Assembly: GCA_964016885.1 (NCBI GenBank)
Contig: OZ024759.1
Span: 7,812,001 to 7,876,000, forward strand
DNA: 64,000 nt
DNA from: Eledone cirrhosa
Lineage: Eukaryota
Reading direction: 5' to 3'
In this document: one piece after another, positions 24,486 through 36,465 of the stretch
How positions within the stretch are numbered: position 1 is the first letter of the stretch
Layout: each line of letters starts with the position of its first letter
Notes under the pieces: generated by a model
The model's database searches: none
The model's input: the letters and a program-made list of their open reading frames with translations, nothing else
Told to the model about the DNA's origin: nothing
Translations under genes and position numbers: made by a program

Positions 24486-24641
24486 CCCTATCTCGCTCCA
24501 CATCCTCTTCTTCATCATATTTAAGTTTATCATGTTATTATTTGTGGTATATAAATATTGAGATTTGTTGTAATAAATCACTGCCAAGACTGGAATTGAA
24601 CCATCAAGACAGTTGAGGTATGTCATACATCAATTCATGTA

Positions 24642-24703
24642 TTTTATCTGATGAGGACGTACTGGAAAAACAGCACAGTACCTTCGAAATATATATAATA
24701 AAA
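24642..24703 (+). ncRNA. Minimal type I hammerhead ribozyme (Penelope-like element associated)
   Basis: ttttat-CTGATGA-stem II (gtactg/cagtac)-GAAA-tatata-TA-ataaaa; complete core, stem I ttttat/ataaaa. Confidence 0.75.
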
Positions 24704-24891
24704 CATATTTTGATTATGTGAATGTCTTCATTTATTAATATTTTCAATAATATTAATAACTCCAGAAAACTTCACTGTAGAGTGCTTTTAATCTATTGTA
24801 AAACTATATTCATTGAGTAATCAATGAACCATATTAACCTTTGGTTTTATATATATATATATACATACATACATATCTATCTATATATATA

Positions 24892-24930
<39 letters not shown>

Positions 24931-25122
24931 TAGAACACTGGTTTAACCGCTTTACTTCCCTCCGAAGAAGAGATATTATCTCGAAAATTAAGGACATTTA
25001 AATAAATCTAAGGTAAAAGACTAATTGTCAACAATATCTTTTGCATTTGCATTCTTTATTCTATGTCCATACCTGCATTGTTTTGGCTTTATTATACATA
25101 TACAAACGTTTATATATATTAG

Positions 25123-25468
25123 AAATTAGAAATTATAGGCTTTCACCGTATTTTAGACTAAAGAAATTTCTAGCCTGATAGTGGGGTTTATAACCCTCGG
25201 AGAAATGGAAAAAGATGAGTGTTGCCGTACATGGGAGTCGAACCCACATCTTTGGTTATCCAGACCACTGTGCTACCATTACACCAATACACATCCCTGT
25301 GTATTGGTGTAATGGTAGCACAGTGGTCTGGATAACCAAAGATGTGGGTTCGACTCCCATGTACGGCAACACTCATCTTTTTCCATTTCTCTGGGGGTTA
25401 TAAACCCCACTATCAGGCTAGAAATTTCTTTAGTCTAAAATACGGTGAAAGCTTATAATTTCTAATTT
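25123..25468. repeat. Near-perfect palindrome, 171-bp arms, 4-nt loop
   Basis: Arms are reverse complements around tccc at 25294-25297 with about 3 mismatches. Confidence 0.97.
25298..25368 (+). pseudogene. tRNA-like sequence (mirror copy on - strand at 25223-25293)
   Basis: A-box tggtgtaatggt, anticodon-like arm tggt-ctGGAta-acca, T-arm tggg-ttcgact-ccca, T5 at 25378-25382; acceptor stem imperfect. Confidence 0.6.
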
Positions 25469-25525
25469 TCAAACTCGCGCACCGTTTCAAAAACATACTT
25501 ACATGTTTACATTTATAATTTGCTT

Positions 25526-25589
<64 letters not shown>

Positions 25590-25695
25590 AGGGAGTGTAA
25601 CGTGAAGTTATTGTAGGTTCACCCAGGTGAGCACTCCATGTTTAGGTTCACGTCAGTAGCGAGGTGTAGAGCTAGACAGGGTGTAATATAATAAT

Positions 25696-25881
25696 TGTTT
25701 CTACTTTAGGCACAAGGCCAGCAATTACCCAGTGCATTACTGGTACTTTATTTTATCGATCCCGCAAGGATGAAAGGCAAAGTCAACCTCGGCGAGATTT
25801 GAACTCAGATCGTAAAGGGACGTAACTATGCTGCAAATCATGGCGTCCGACCCTCTACCGATACTGCCAATCCACCGCCTT
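25696..25881 (-). mobile_element. tRNA-derived SINE (Nin/Deu-like) with 18-bp target-site duplication
   Basis: agggtgtaatataataat at 25678-25695 and 25882-25899; homologous to the 5235 copy. Confidence 0.88.
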
Positions 25882-26042
25882 AGGGTGTAATATAATAATA
25901 CAAGGACAATTTCTTAAGCCTTCATTACGTTTATTGATTAGTGACACATGTTTTGCTATTGATCAGCTCAAGGCTGGATCTGTATCGATCTGACCCGACT
26001 CTGGAATCAAAAGCTCATCGGACCTCTGTTGTAGTAATGGGA

Positions 26043-26091
<49 letters not shown>

Positions 26092-26092
<1 letters not shown>

Positions 26093-26258
26093 CTTAGTGG
26101 TTAGAGCATTGGCCTTGCAATCGAAAGGTTGTGAGTTCAATTCTCAGACCGGGTGATGTGTTGTTTCCTTGAGCAAGACACTTTATTTCACATTGCTCCA
26201 GTTTACTCAGCTGTAGAAATGAGATGATAGGGACTGGGGTCCCTATCATTCCACTGCA
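26092..26258 (+). mobile_element. tRNA-derived SINE (CORE/Meta-like domain), partial
   Basis: Matches the 5' half of 36466-36800. Confidence 0.85.
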
Positions 26259-26470
26259 AACCCACGATAGACTTAATTGTGTTTACAACAAATTTTGACC
26301 AATCCTTTTTCAACTACAATCTTCCCATATAAGGAATTACCCCTCGAAAAGTTTGGCTATTTATTACCACGCTAAAAATTCTAATTTAATCCAGAAATAG
26401 CTGTCGAAACGGCTTGAGCTCTGCCATCGGGGACATATTTTTACCTATGTGTATATATATGTATATGTAT

Positions 26471-26504
<34 letters not shown>

Positions 26505-26754
26505 ATATGTATTAGTTATACTATTTATGGTTATGTAAATACAAAACCTTAAGCAGTTATAAGTATTTTACACACCCTAAATAGTGGTAGGCAGTAATGT
26601 ATTACTACTCGGTATGTCTCTCGGCTGAAAAGGAGGTCATATAACTGTCCATGCATTAATAAATTGCTCCAAAGAATCCAAACCTCGGTTTGGAGGAAAC
26701 AGCTGTAAGCACAATAATGTTTTGAACAGTTCTTTGATTCTTATATTTCATATA

Positions 26755-26764
26755 TTTCATATAT

Positions 26765-26796
<32 letters not shown>

Positions 26797-26965
26797 CTAT
26801 ATATGTATATATATATATATATATCTATATATCTATATATATATATATATCTATATATGTATATATATATATATATCTATATATGTATATATATATATAT
26901 ATCTATATATGTATATATCTATATATGTATATATATATGTATATATATATATATATCTATATATG

Positions 26966-27002
<37 letters not shown>

Positions 27003-27405
27003 CTGTATATGTATATATATATCTGTATATGTATATATATATCTGTATATGTATATGTATATATATATATCTGTATATGTATATATATATCTGTATATGT
27101 ATATATATATGTATATATATATCTGTATATGTATATATATATCTGTATATATATATGTATATATATATCTGTATATATATATATCTGTATATGTATGTAT
27201 ATATATATATATCTGTATATGTATATATATATATATCTGTATATGTATGTATATATATATATATCTGTATATGTATATATATATATATCTGTATATGTAT
27301 GTATATATATATATATCTGTATATGTATGTATATATATATATATCTGTATATGTATGTATATATATATATATCTGTATATCTGTATGTATATATATATAT
27401 ATCTG

Positions 27406-27438
<33 letters not shown>

Positions 27439-27607
27439 CTGTATATATATATATATATATATCTGTATATATATATATATATATATCTGTATATATATAT
27501 ATATATATATATCTGTATATATATATATATATATATCTGTATATATATATGTATATATATATGTATATATATAGTGACGAAACATAAGTCAATTGCATGA
27601 ACTCATA

Positions 27608-27656
<49 letters not shown>
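26755..27656. repeat. (TA)n-rich microsatellite
   Basis: TA runs with tctg/tatg interruptions. Confidence 0.95.
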
Positions 27657-27658
<2 letters not shown>

Positions 27659-28374
27659 AAGGTATATATTGAGTTAGGAACTCAAAATAGTCTCTTACAA
27701 CAAAATAGCTCTAAGAAAGAGATTTTTCTGAGCCGTATATTATAATAGAATATAAAAGAGAGATAAACACAGATATATACATATCATCATCATGATCATC
27801 ATCATGATCATCATCATATATGTGTTCAAATCGCAAGGGACCAGATTCGCTAAGGTGTAAAGAATACTAACTATAGACAATAGGGTTTGCCTGCCTCAAT
27901 TTAAGAATAAATCAAGAAAAATAAATACAAACCAGAATTGTGGTACCAATCACCCAGACAGCTTTTGGTACTGCTGTTTCACAATATTAATTGTGAAGAA
28001 GATTACCAAAATTCTAGCTTATCAGAGGGTGAAGAATTATTAGTATCCTGGTCATTTCTAAATATATTTAAAAAACTGGAACCATGTGCGTATATATAAT
28101 GCACATGGTTCCAGAACTTAGCGTGTCTCACAGACTCACGCCACTAAAAATAGCAGCCAGGTTTGAACACATATATGTATATGTCTGTGTTTGTTTTTCT
28201 TTTTTGTTCAGTTATATATATGTATATATATGTATATATATGTATATATATGTATATATATATGTATATATATGTATATATATATATATGTTGATATATA
28301 TATGTATATATGTTGATATATATATGTATATATATATAAACGTTGATGATGATGATGATGTATATATATGTATA

Positions 28375-30704
28375 CAAGAGACAGGCATGGAAAGAATGGA
28401 AGAACGGGGGGAGCAGGGTACATTACATAGAGACCAAGAGGGAAGCTAGGCGACAAGTATACTTAGCTAGGAGGGAAGCAGAGGATAGAAAATTCAAGCA
28501 TGTTTTACAACATGAGGACCAGAAACAGGAGGTATTCAAGATTGCGAGGCAGTGTGTCAGAGATAGTTGTGATGTCATTGGAGAGAAGTGTATCCGGAAT
28601 GATAAAGGTGAGCTTGCCCTCACAAGTGCTGAGAAGAAAGATGCATGGAAGAGTCATTATGATAGATTACTAAATGAGGAGAATGCATGGGAAGAAGAGA
28701 CCCTACCCCACGTAGACCCTATAGAGGGACCAGCAGTACAAGTCAGCGGCAGCGTAGTAAGTAAGGCAATCAGAGATATGAAGATAGGGAAGGCAACCGG
28801 TCCATCGGGTATAGCTGCCGAGATGCTGAAGGCATCTGGGTCTGTAGGTCACACTATAACCACACGTATCGTTAACCAGGTAATACTAGAGGGGGCCATA
28901 CCAAAAGATTGGTGCAGTAGCATCATTGTCAACTGCTACAAAGGTAAAGGCGATGCACTAGATAGAGGAAACTATAGAGGTATAAAGTTGATGGACCAGG
29001 TCATGAAAGTAACAGAAAGAGTTATAGCACAGCTGATTAGGGACCGGGTGAATATAGACGAGATGCAATTTGGGTTTGTACCAGGGAAAGGCACCACTGA
29101 TGCCCTCTTCCTTGTGAGGCAATTACAGGAAAAGTACCTAGCTAAAAGTAAGCCACTCTACTTGGCATTTGTCGACCTTGAGAAAGCCTTTGACAGAGTT
29201 CCACGTGCAGTAATCTGGTGGGCTCTTAGAAAACTAGGAGTAGATGAATGGCTTGTGAAAGCGGTACAAGCCATGTATAGGGGAGCAGTCAGCAAAGTTA
29301 GGATTGGCAATGAGTATAGCGAGGAATTTAGCGTACAGGCTGGGGTCCACCAGGGCTCTGTTCTTAGCCCTCTCCTGTTCATCATAGTCCTGCAGGCAAT
29401 AACGGAGGAGTTTAAGACCGGATGCCCATGGGAACTCCTGTATGCTGATGACCTCGCACTCATAGCTGAATCTATGGTAGAACTAGAGAATAAATTCCAA
29501 ACCTGGAAGCAGGGACTAGAGAGAAAGGGCCTCAAAGTCAACATGACAAAGACTAAGGTCCTTGTAAGTAGACGAGAAAACAGAACCCAGATCCCCTCAG
29601 GGAAATGGCCTTGCTCAGTATGTAGGAAAGGTGTAGGTAGGAACTCCATTCTCTGCCCCAAATGCAAACAATGGGTACACAAGAGATGTAGCGGGATCTC
29701 AGGAAGCTTAATTAAGAATGTAGGATTCACATGCAGCAGCTGTGCTGAAACAGCAAGCAAACAGCCACAGGAAACAAGTACCACCAATCTCTGGGAGGGC
29801 CCTGTAGAAACAGTAGACAGCTTCTGCTACCTAGGTGACCGAATTAGCAACGGAGGTGGGTGCTCAGAAAGTACAATAACTAGGGTAAGAACGGGATGGA
29901 AGAAGTTTAGGGAACTACTACCACTGCTAGCTGCAAAAGGCTTCTCCCTCAGAATGAAAGGCAGACTGTATGATGCGTGTATCCGAACAGCGATGTTGCA
30001 TGGTAGTGAGACCTGGGCGCTGAAGGTGGAAGACTTACGTAGATTAGAGAGAAACGAAGCCTGCATGCTCCGATGGATGTGTAACAGTAATATACGTGAA
30101 CGACAAAGCATAAAGGAATTGAGAGAGAGACTGAGCATAAGAGGAATCAAATGCTGCGTGCAGGAGAGGCGGTTACGCTGGTATGGACATGTGATGCGTA
30201 TGAAGGATGACAGCTGCATAAAAAGGTGCAGAGCACTAGAAGTTGATGGAAACCGCGGAGTGGGGAGACCCAAGATGACTTGGGATGAGGTGATAAAAGC
30301 CGACCTTACCCAACTACACCTCTCAAAGTCAATGACACACGACCGTGACTTCTGGCGTCACGCAGTAATACAGGGTACCCGACCTCCCATGGGTACATGC
30401 TGAAGCATATAAACAATATGCCCCCCCCCCCCCACCGCAAGGTGGCCGTGGAGGTGCCACGGCAAAAAAGCACCCAGCCCACACTGTAAAGTGGACGTGT
30501 AGGCGCCACGAAAAAGCACCCAGCACTCACTGTAAATGAGGTTGGTGTTAGGAAGGGCATCCAGCTGTAGAAATCAAGCCAGATCAGTTCCTGTATGAGC
30601 AAGGCATGGTCAGCCGACCAGACACTGCCCACAACAGGACAACCTGTCTAACCCATGCTAGCGTGGAAGAACGGACGTAAAACGGTGATGATGATGATGA
30701 TGAT
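28375..30704 (+). mobile_element. 5'-truncated RTE LINE (subfamily B) with open RT ORF to 30403
   Basis: NYRGIKL, FVDLEKAFD, GVHQGSVLSPLLF, YADD, FCYLG; 3' UTR and (GAT)n tail. Confidence 0.96.
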
Positions 30705-30815
30705 ATGTATGTATATATATGTATATATGTATGTATATATATGTATATATATATATGGATATATATATGTATATATATATGTATATATATATATATGTAT
30801 ATATATGTATATATA

Positions 30816-31027
30816 TCATCATCATCATCATCATCAACGTTTAACGTCCGTGTTCCACGTTTGCATGGGTTTGGACGGGGGTAGTCCCACTTGAGGCAAG
30901 AGTGGTTTACTTGCTCGCATAGGACTGTCTGGCGGGTTTTCTACAGCTGGATGCCCTTCCTAACACCAACCACATTTACAGTGTGGGTCTGGGAGGTTTT
31001 TACCGTGTTGCCTACACGGCCACATTA
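30816..31027 (-). mobile_element. RTE (subfamily A) 3' terminal fragment
   Basis: Reverse complement of 35343-35546. Confidence 0.88.
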
Positions 31028-31055
31028 TATATATGTATATATATGTATATATATG

Positions 31056-31088
<33 letters not shown>

Positions 31089-31153
31089 GTATATGTATAT
31101 ATATGTATATATATGTATATGTATATATATGTATATATATATGTATATATATG

Positions 31154-31195
<42 letters not shown>

Positions 31196-31750
31196 TGTAT
31201 ATATATGAATATATATATATATGCATAGACCCCACTCAATCATTACCTTCTTGCTAGCTATTTTCAAACCTTAATTCCTAACGTATTTTCAAACCCCAAT
31301 CCCCTAATTCTAGCGTATCTTCAAAACAAAAAAGCAAAATCCTTTCCTTCTTCCTTCTTCGAAGGCACGGGGCGGTCAAACGCCTAACACCCACAGCCAT
31401 CATGTGGCCCCCTACCCTCGCACTCTCTCTCTCTCTCCCTATAAATATATGATAGGAATTCACTTCGCCAAATTTCATTTCTTTGCTTGCTGTCCAAACG
31501 AAATTCATGTAAACGTAATGTACAGACTTCATCTCTCTCTCTCTCTCTCCTAGCGTATTTTCAAAACAATCCACATTTCGTATTCAAGTCCAAATAGCCA
31601 ATCTATCGCTAAAACAAACTACATTTTCTGTTTCTATTAAGTGCTAAATACGTGGGTTTTTGGACGTATTTAACAGAACAAATTTTGTATTTTTGTTAAT
31701 CGCTTGTTAAATGCATAGACCCCACTCAATCATTACCTTCTTGCTAGCTA

Positions 31751-34700
31751 CCCAACACCCCTCCTTCCCACCCCCACACACCACCATTGCTATTACGTGG
31801 ACCAATCATAAAACAGCCCCCACGCATCACCAGTATTATTACGCGGACCAATCAGAAACCAGAGGCCTATACTATCGCTTGCCTGGTTGCCTTTCGATAT
31901 ACGATATACGATATATGATGGATGGATGGACTGCGGAATCCTGGAGAGTGGAGGTGAGAGAGAAAAATCTGGACGCTCAGCGACAATGCCAAAGATAAAG
32001 ACAAATTCACCCCTTGGACGAGAATGCGAGCACTCCTCATTGTTTCGACCGCGGACGGCTAACATAACCCCATCGCCCCCCGCCCCTCACCGCCCCCAAC
32101 CCCCAAACGCAATCCAAAACTTCAGAGTTGGTACCATAAATGTAGGCACCCTAAAGGGTCGCGCTAACGAGGTTGTAGAAATGCTTGAACGTAAGGAGGT
32201 CGATGTTTGTTGTATTCAAGAGACCAGGTGGAGGGGTGGGTCTGCTAGGTTCATTGAGGGTAAAAAACGTTGTTATAAGCTTTTCTGGGTGGGAAACGAC
32301 GATGGGCTGGGTGGAGTAGGAATCATGGTAGCAGAAAAGTGGGCAGATAAGATAATAGACGTAAATAGAGTGAACGACAGAATAATTAAAATACGACTTG
32401 TCCTCAATAGAACTACGGTGACAGTAATATCTGCGTACGCACCCCAATCCGGACTGCCCGGCACTATAAAAGACAGATTCTATGAGACACTGATGCTAAC
32501 TACCTCCCAAATATCCGACAGTGACTATATAATTATCGCAGGCGACCTAAATGGTCACGTTGGACAACATTGTGACGGCTACGACGAAATCCATGGAGGC
32601 TATGGGTTTGGTACTAGAAATGAGGAAGGCTCCAGAATCCTGGAATTCTGTGATGCAAATAACCTAACTATCTGTAACACTAACTTCAAAAAACGTGACA
32701 ATCACCTGATCACCTATAGATCCGGGGAACACACAAGCCAGGTAGATTATATCCTTACCAGAAGACGTGACAGAGTGTCTGTTGTTAACACTAAATCCCT
32801 CCCCCATGAAGAATGCACCTCCCAACATAGACTGATAATTAGCGACCTCATAGTCAGGACGAGACGCACTCGACAACAGAAGAGGACTATCCTCAGGAGG
32901 AAAATATGGAAGCTAAAGGACCCCACAGCCAGGAATAAATTTCAAAGCATATTACTTGATGCTTTCGACAGTAAGGAAGAACATTTAGAGTCGGACAATA
33001 TAGAGGGAGAGTGGGAATTTCTGAAAGCAAACCTGCTGTTGGCGACAGACGAAGTCTGTGGCTGGAGCAGGCCTGTAGGCAGGAGGAGAGTAACATGGTG
33101 GTGGAACAGTAAGGTGGAGGGGTCAATTAAGGCCAAAAAGCAGGCTTGGAAAGTATGGCGGGATGGGGGAAGTAGAGAGGACTATCAAGTGGCCAGGAGG
33201 GAAGCTAGGAGACAAGTGTACTTAGCAAGAAGGGAAGCTGAGGAAAGAAAGTTCAAGCATGTTCTACAACGCGATGACCAAAAACGTGAGGTGTTCAGGA
33301 TTGCTAGGCAATGCGTCAAGGAAAACCGTGATATTGTCGGGGAGAAGTGTGTACTAAACGACGATGGCACACTTGCCATCACCGACGCTGATAAGAAGGT
33401 AGCTTGGAAGTGTCACTATGAAAGGCTTCTAAATGAGGAGAATAATTGGGAGAAAGGCAGTCTCCCCCATATCGATCCAATAGAGGGACCAGCAGTGTTA
33501 GTCGAGGGGAGTATAATAAGTAAGGCAATCAAGGATATGAAGACTGGTAAGGCGGCTGGGCCTTCGGAAATAGTTGCTGAGATGCTGAAGGCATCTGGCA
33601 CGGTGGGACACACCATGGTCACCCGCATAGTTAACCAAGTCGTACAGAATGGGGTTGTTCCGAAGGACTGGCATAGCAGCATCATCGTTAACTGTTATAA
33701 GGGTAAAGGAGACGCCCTAGATAGGAGTAACTATAGAGGCATTAAATTAATCGACCAGGTCATGAAGGTCACGGAAAGAGTAATAGCGCAACTAATCAGA
33801 GAGAGAATTGACCTAGATGAAATGCAGTTCGGGTTTGTGTCAGGCAAAAGTACCACAGACGCTCTTTTCATAGTACGACAACTACAGGAGAAGTACCTAG
33901 CTAAAGGTAAACCCCTCTACTTAGCTTTTGTCGACTTGGAGAAAGCCTTCGACAGAGTCCCCCGCTCCATTATCTGGTGGGCTCTTAGAAAACTAGGCGT
34001 TGACGAATGGCTTGTGAGGGCTATACAAGCCATGTATAAAGAAACAGTCAGCAAGGTTAGAATTAACAACGAATATAGTGAAGAGTTTAGCGTAAAAGTT
34101 GGCGTCCATCAGGGCTCTGTTCTCAGTCCACTACTATTTATTATTGCCCTTCAGGCTATAACAGAGGAGTTCAAGACAGGCTGCCCATGGGAACTCCTAT
34201 ACGCAGACGACCTGACACTCATAGCGGAATCAATGGCCGAGCTAGAGAAGAAATTCCAAACATGGAAGCACGGCCTAGAGTCAAAAGGACTTAAAATTAA
34301 CCTGGCTAAGACCAAAGTGCTAGTTTGTAGGAAAGAAAACAAGGCGGCGGTCCCTTCTGGGAAATTGTCGTGCTCGGTGTGTAGGAAAGGCGTAGGTAGA
34401 AACTCCATTTTATGTCCTAAATGTAAAGTATGGGTGCATAAAAGATGTAGTGGGATCACAGGTAAGCTAACTAAGAACATAGATTTTACATGTGGCCGGT
34501 GCTCTGGTGCAATAAGTAGCAGCAAGTGCCCACAAACTACTAGCTCTTTCAATTGCGCAGAGGGTTCTATAGAAATAGTGGACAGCTTCCGTTACCTGGG
34601 CGATAAAATCAGCAGTGGGGGAGGGTGCTCTGAAAGTACTGTAGCTAGAGTCAGAACTGGTTGGAAAAAGTTCAGAGAGCTTATACCACTATTAGCTGCT

Positions 34701-35546
34701 AAAGGGTTCTCACTAAAAATGAAAGGCAGGTTGTACGATGCCTGCATACGAACAGCAATGCTGCATGGCAGTGAGACCTGGGCATTGTGTGCAGAGGATA
34801 TACGCAGACTAGAGAGGAACGAAGCTTGCATGCTCCGCTGGATGTGTAACAGTAATATACGTGAACGGCAAAGCATAAACGAACTAAGGAAAAAATTAGA
34901 GATAAGAGGGATCAGATGTTGTTTACTCGAGAGAAGGCTACGTTGGTATGGACACGTGATGCGCATGAAAGTCGATAGCTGTATAACAGAGTGCAGGGCA
35001 ATAAAGATAGACGGTAGTCACGGAATAGGCAGACCTAGAAAAACCTGGGACGAGCTGATAAACTCCGACATCACACACTTACACCTCTCCAAGACAATGT
35101 CACTGGACCGAGACCTTTGGCGGTACTCAGTAACAGAGAAGACCCGCCTTACCTAAATATATAGTAAAACCTACTCCAGCCAGTAGGCATCTCTAACAAA
35201 ATACACCCCGTCCCACCACCCCCACCCCCACCCGATCCACACCACCCCGTTCTATGTAAAGTTATGTTGGTGCCGCGCCTTCGAGGCCGAAACAAATGAG
35301 ATCGTGTAGGTGTCACGACAAAAAAACACACAGTCCACGCTGTAATGTGGCCGTGTAGGCAACACGGTAAAAACCTCCCAGACCCACACTGTAAATGTGG
35401 TTGGTGTTAGGAAGGGCATGTAGAAAACCTGCCAGACAGTCCTATGCGAGCAAGACAATCACTCTTGCCTCAAGTGGGACTACCCCCGTCCAAACCCATG
35501 CAAGCGTGGAACACGGACGTTAAACGTTGATGATGATGATGATGAT
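31751..35546 (+). mobile_element. Apparently full-length RTE LINE (subfamily A); 5' boundary uncertain
   Basis: Single APE+RT ORF, 3' UTR, (GAT)n tail. Confidence 0.92.
31986..35156 (+). CDS. RTE polyprotein: AP endonuclease + reverse transcriptase with PHD-type finger (1056 aa from this ATG)
   Basis: GTINVGTL, CIQETRW, SAYAPQ, AGDLNGHVG, QVDYIL, SQHRL; FVDLEKAFD, HQGSVLSP, YADD; uninterrupted ORF; start codon inferred. Confidence 0.93.
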   Translation: MPKIKTNSPLGRECEHSSLFRPRTANITPSPPAPHRPQPPNAIQNFRVGTINVGTLKGRANEVVEMLERKEVDVCCIQETRWRGGSARFIEGKKRCYKLFWVGNDDGLGGVGIMVAEKWADKIIDVNRVNDRIIKIRLVLNRTTVTVISAYAPQSGLPGTIKDRFYETLMLTTSQISDSDYIIIAGDLNGHVGQHCDGYDEIHGGYGFGTRNEEGSRILEFCDANNLTICNTNFKKRDNHLITYRSGEHTSQVDYILTRRRDRVSVVNTKSLPHEECTSQHRLIISDLIVRTRRTRQQKRTILRRKIWKLKDPTARNKFQSILLDAFDSKEEHLESDNIEGEWEFLKANLLLATDEVCGWSRPVGRRRVTWWWNSKVEGSIKAKKQAWKVWRDGGSREDYQVARREARRQVYLARREAEERKFKHVLQRDDQKREVFRIARQCVKENRDIVGEKCVLNDDGTLAITDADKKVAWKCHYERLLNEENNWEKGSLPHIDPIEGPAVLVEGSIISKAIKDMKTGKAAGPSEIVAEMLKASGTVGHTMVTRIVNQVVQNGVVPKDWHSSIIVNCYKGKGDALDRSNYRGIKLIDQVMKVTERVIAQLIRERIDLDEMQFGFVSGKSTTDALFIVRQLQEKYLAKGKPLYLAFVDLEKAFDRVPRSIIWWALRKLGVDEWLVRAIQAMYKETVSKVRINNEYSEEFSVKVGVHQGSVLSPLLFIIALQAITEEFKTGCPWELLYADDLTLIAESMAELEKKFQTWKHGLESKGLKINLAKTKVLVCRKENKAAVPSGKLSCSVCRKGVGRNSILCPKCKVWVHKRCSGITGKLTKNIDFTCGRCSGAISSSKCPQTTSSFNCAEGSIEIVDSFRYLGDKISSGGGCSESTVARVRTGWKKFRELIPLLAAKGFSLKMKGRLYDACIRTAMLHGSETWALCAEDIRRLERNEACMLRWMCNSNIRERQSINELRKKLEIRGIRCCLLERRLRWYGHVMRMKVDSCITECRAIKIDGSHGIGRPRKTWDELINSDITHLHLSKTMSLDRDLWRYSVTEKTRLT

Positions 35547-36012
35547 ATACACACACACACATTCACAATTGCTATCATACAGACAGATGACATCAATCTC
35601 TTGGTGAGACATCTCTCTGCATCACCAGACTAAAGTGATGTATGTGTGTGTGACATGAAACACACACACACACACACATACACACAGACATATATACACA
35701 CATATACAAAGTATAGAGAAGCCGTTGGTGATTACATCCACTTCTGTCTAATGTACAACATAGTTGACAAGATAGTGTCAATTAGAAACAAATCTTGTAA
35801 CATGATACCATATATTGCTTTTAAGACTTTTTAGCATATGTCCATATGTATACACACACATATATATATATACACACACACAGACACACATATATATATA
35901 CATATGTATATATATATACATATGTATATATACATATATATACATAAGTATATGTGAATATATATATATATATATACTGTAAATGAGGTTGGTGTTAGCA
36001 GACGTAAAATGA

Positions 36013-36048
<36 letters not shown>

Positions 36049-36049
<1 letters not shown>

Positions 36050-36165
36050 TTTTAATATAGATGAGATTCTACAGGACTAGAACTGTTTCATTCTTTAGAA
36101 ATCATCTGATGATTTCTAAAGAATGAAACAGTTCTAGTCCTGTAGAATCTCATCTATATTAAAAC
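36049..36165. repeat. Perfect palindrome (58-bp arms) centred on a hammerhead CTGATGA motif
   Basis: Symmetry axis at 36107; right arm reads CTGATGA-tttctaaagaat-GAAA-cagt-TC. Confidence 0.9.
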
Positions 36166-36465
36166 TTTTATACTCTGCAATGTATTGAGTACCTTACTTA
36201 CTGTGGTTACCTCCGATTCAACCCGGAATAACGTATATATATATATATATATATATACACAGTCCACATTGTAAATGTGGTTGGTGTTAGGAAGGGCATC
36301 CAGCTGTAAAAAAAACCTGCCAGAGACGCTTCCATGCGAGCGAGACATGGTCTCCCGACCATTGCCACATCAAATGGAACAAAACCGTCTAACCCATGCT
36401 AGCGTGGAAGATAGACATTAAACGATGATGATACATATATATATATACTACATATATATATATAT

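Noticed and set aside
22881-24616. 547-aa ORF and overlapping YI/CV-rich ORFs
   Set aside because: Only 22901-23105 is exon; the rest is read-through into TA/TG microsatellite. The same applies to the ORFs at 26722-27600 and similar tracts.
24957-24995. Additional hammerhead (also motifs near 20135-20176, 27965-28030 and 45713-45745)
   Set aside because: Core nucleotides are mutated (CCGAAGA, AAAA, CTGATAA, GATA) or stem I is missing; probably dead relics.
25298-25368. Functional tRNA-Ser(GGA) gene
   Set aside because: The acceptor stem is imperfect, there is no long variable arm, and it sits in a palindrome; kept only as tRNA-like.
29158-30273. Antisense ORFs over RTE copies (also 34151-34966, 56559-57674)
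   Set aside because: Shadow frames of the RT coding strand with no independent motifs.
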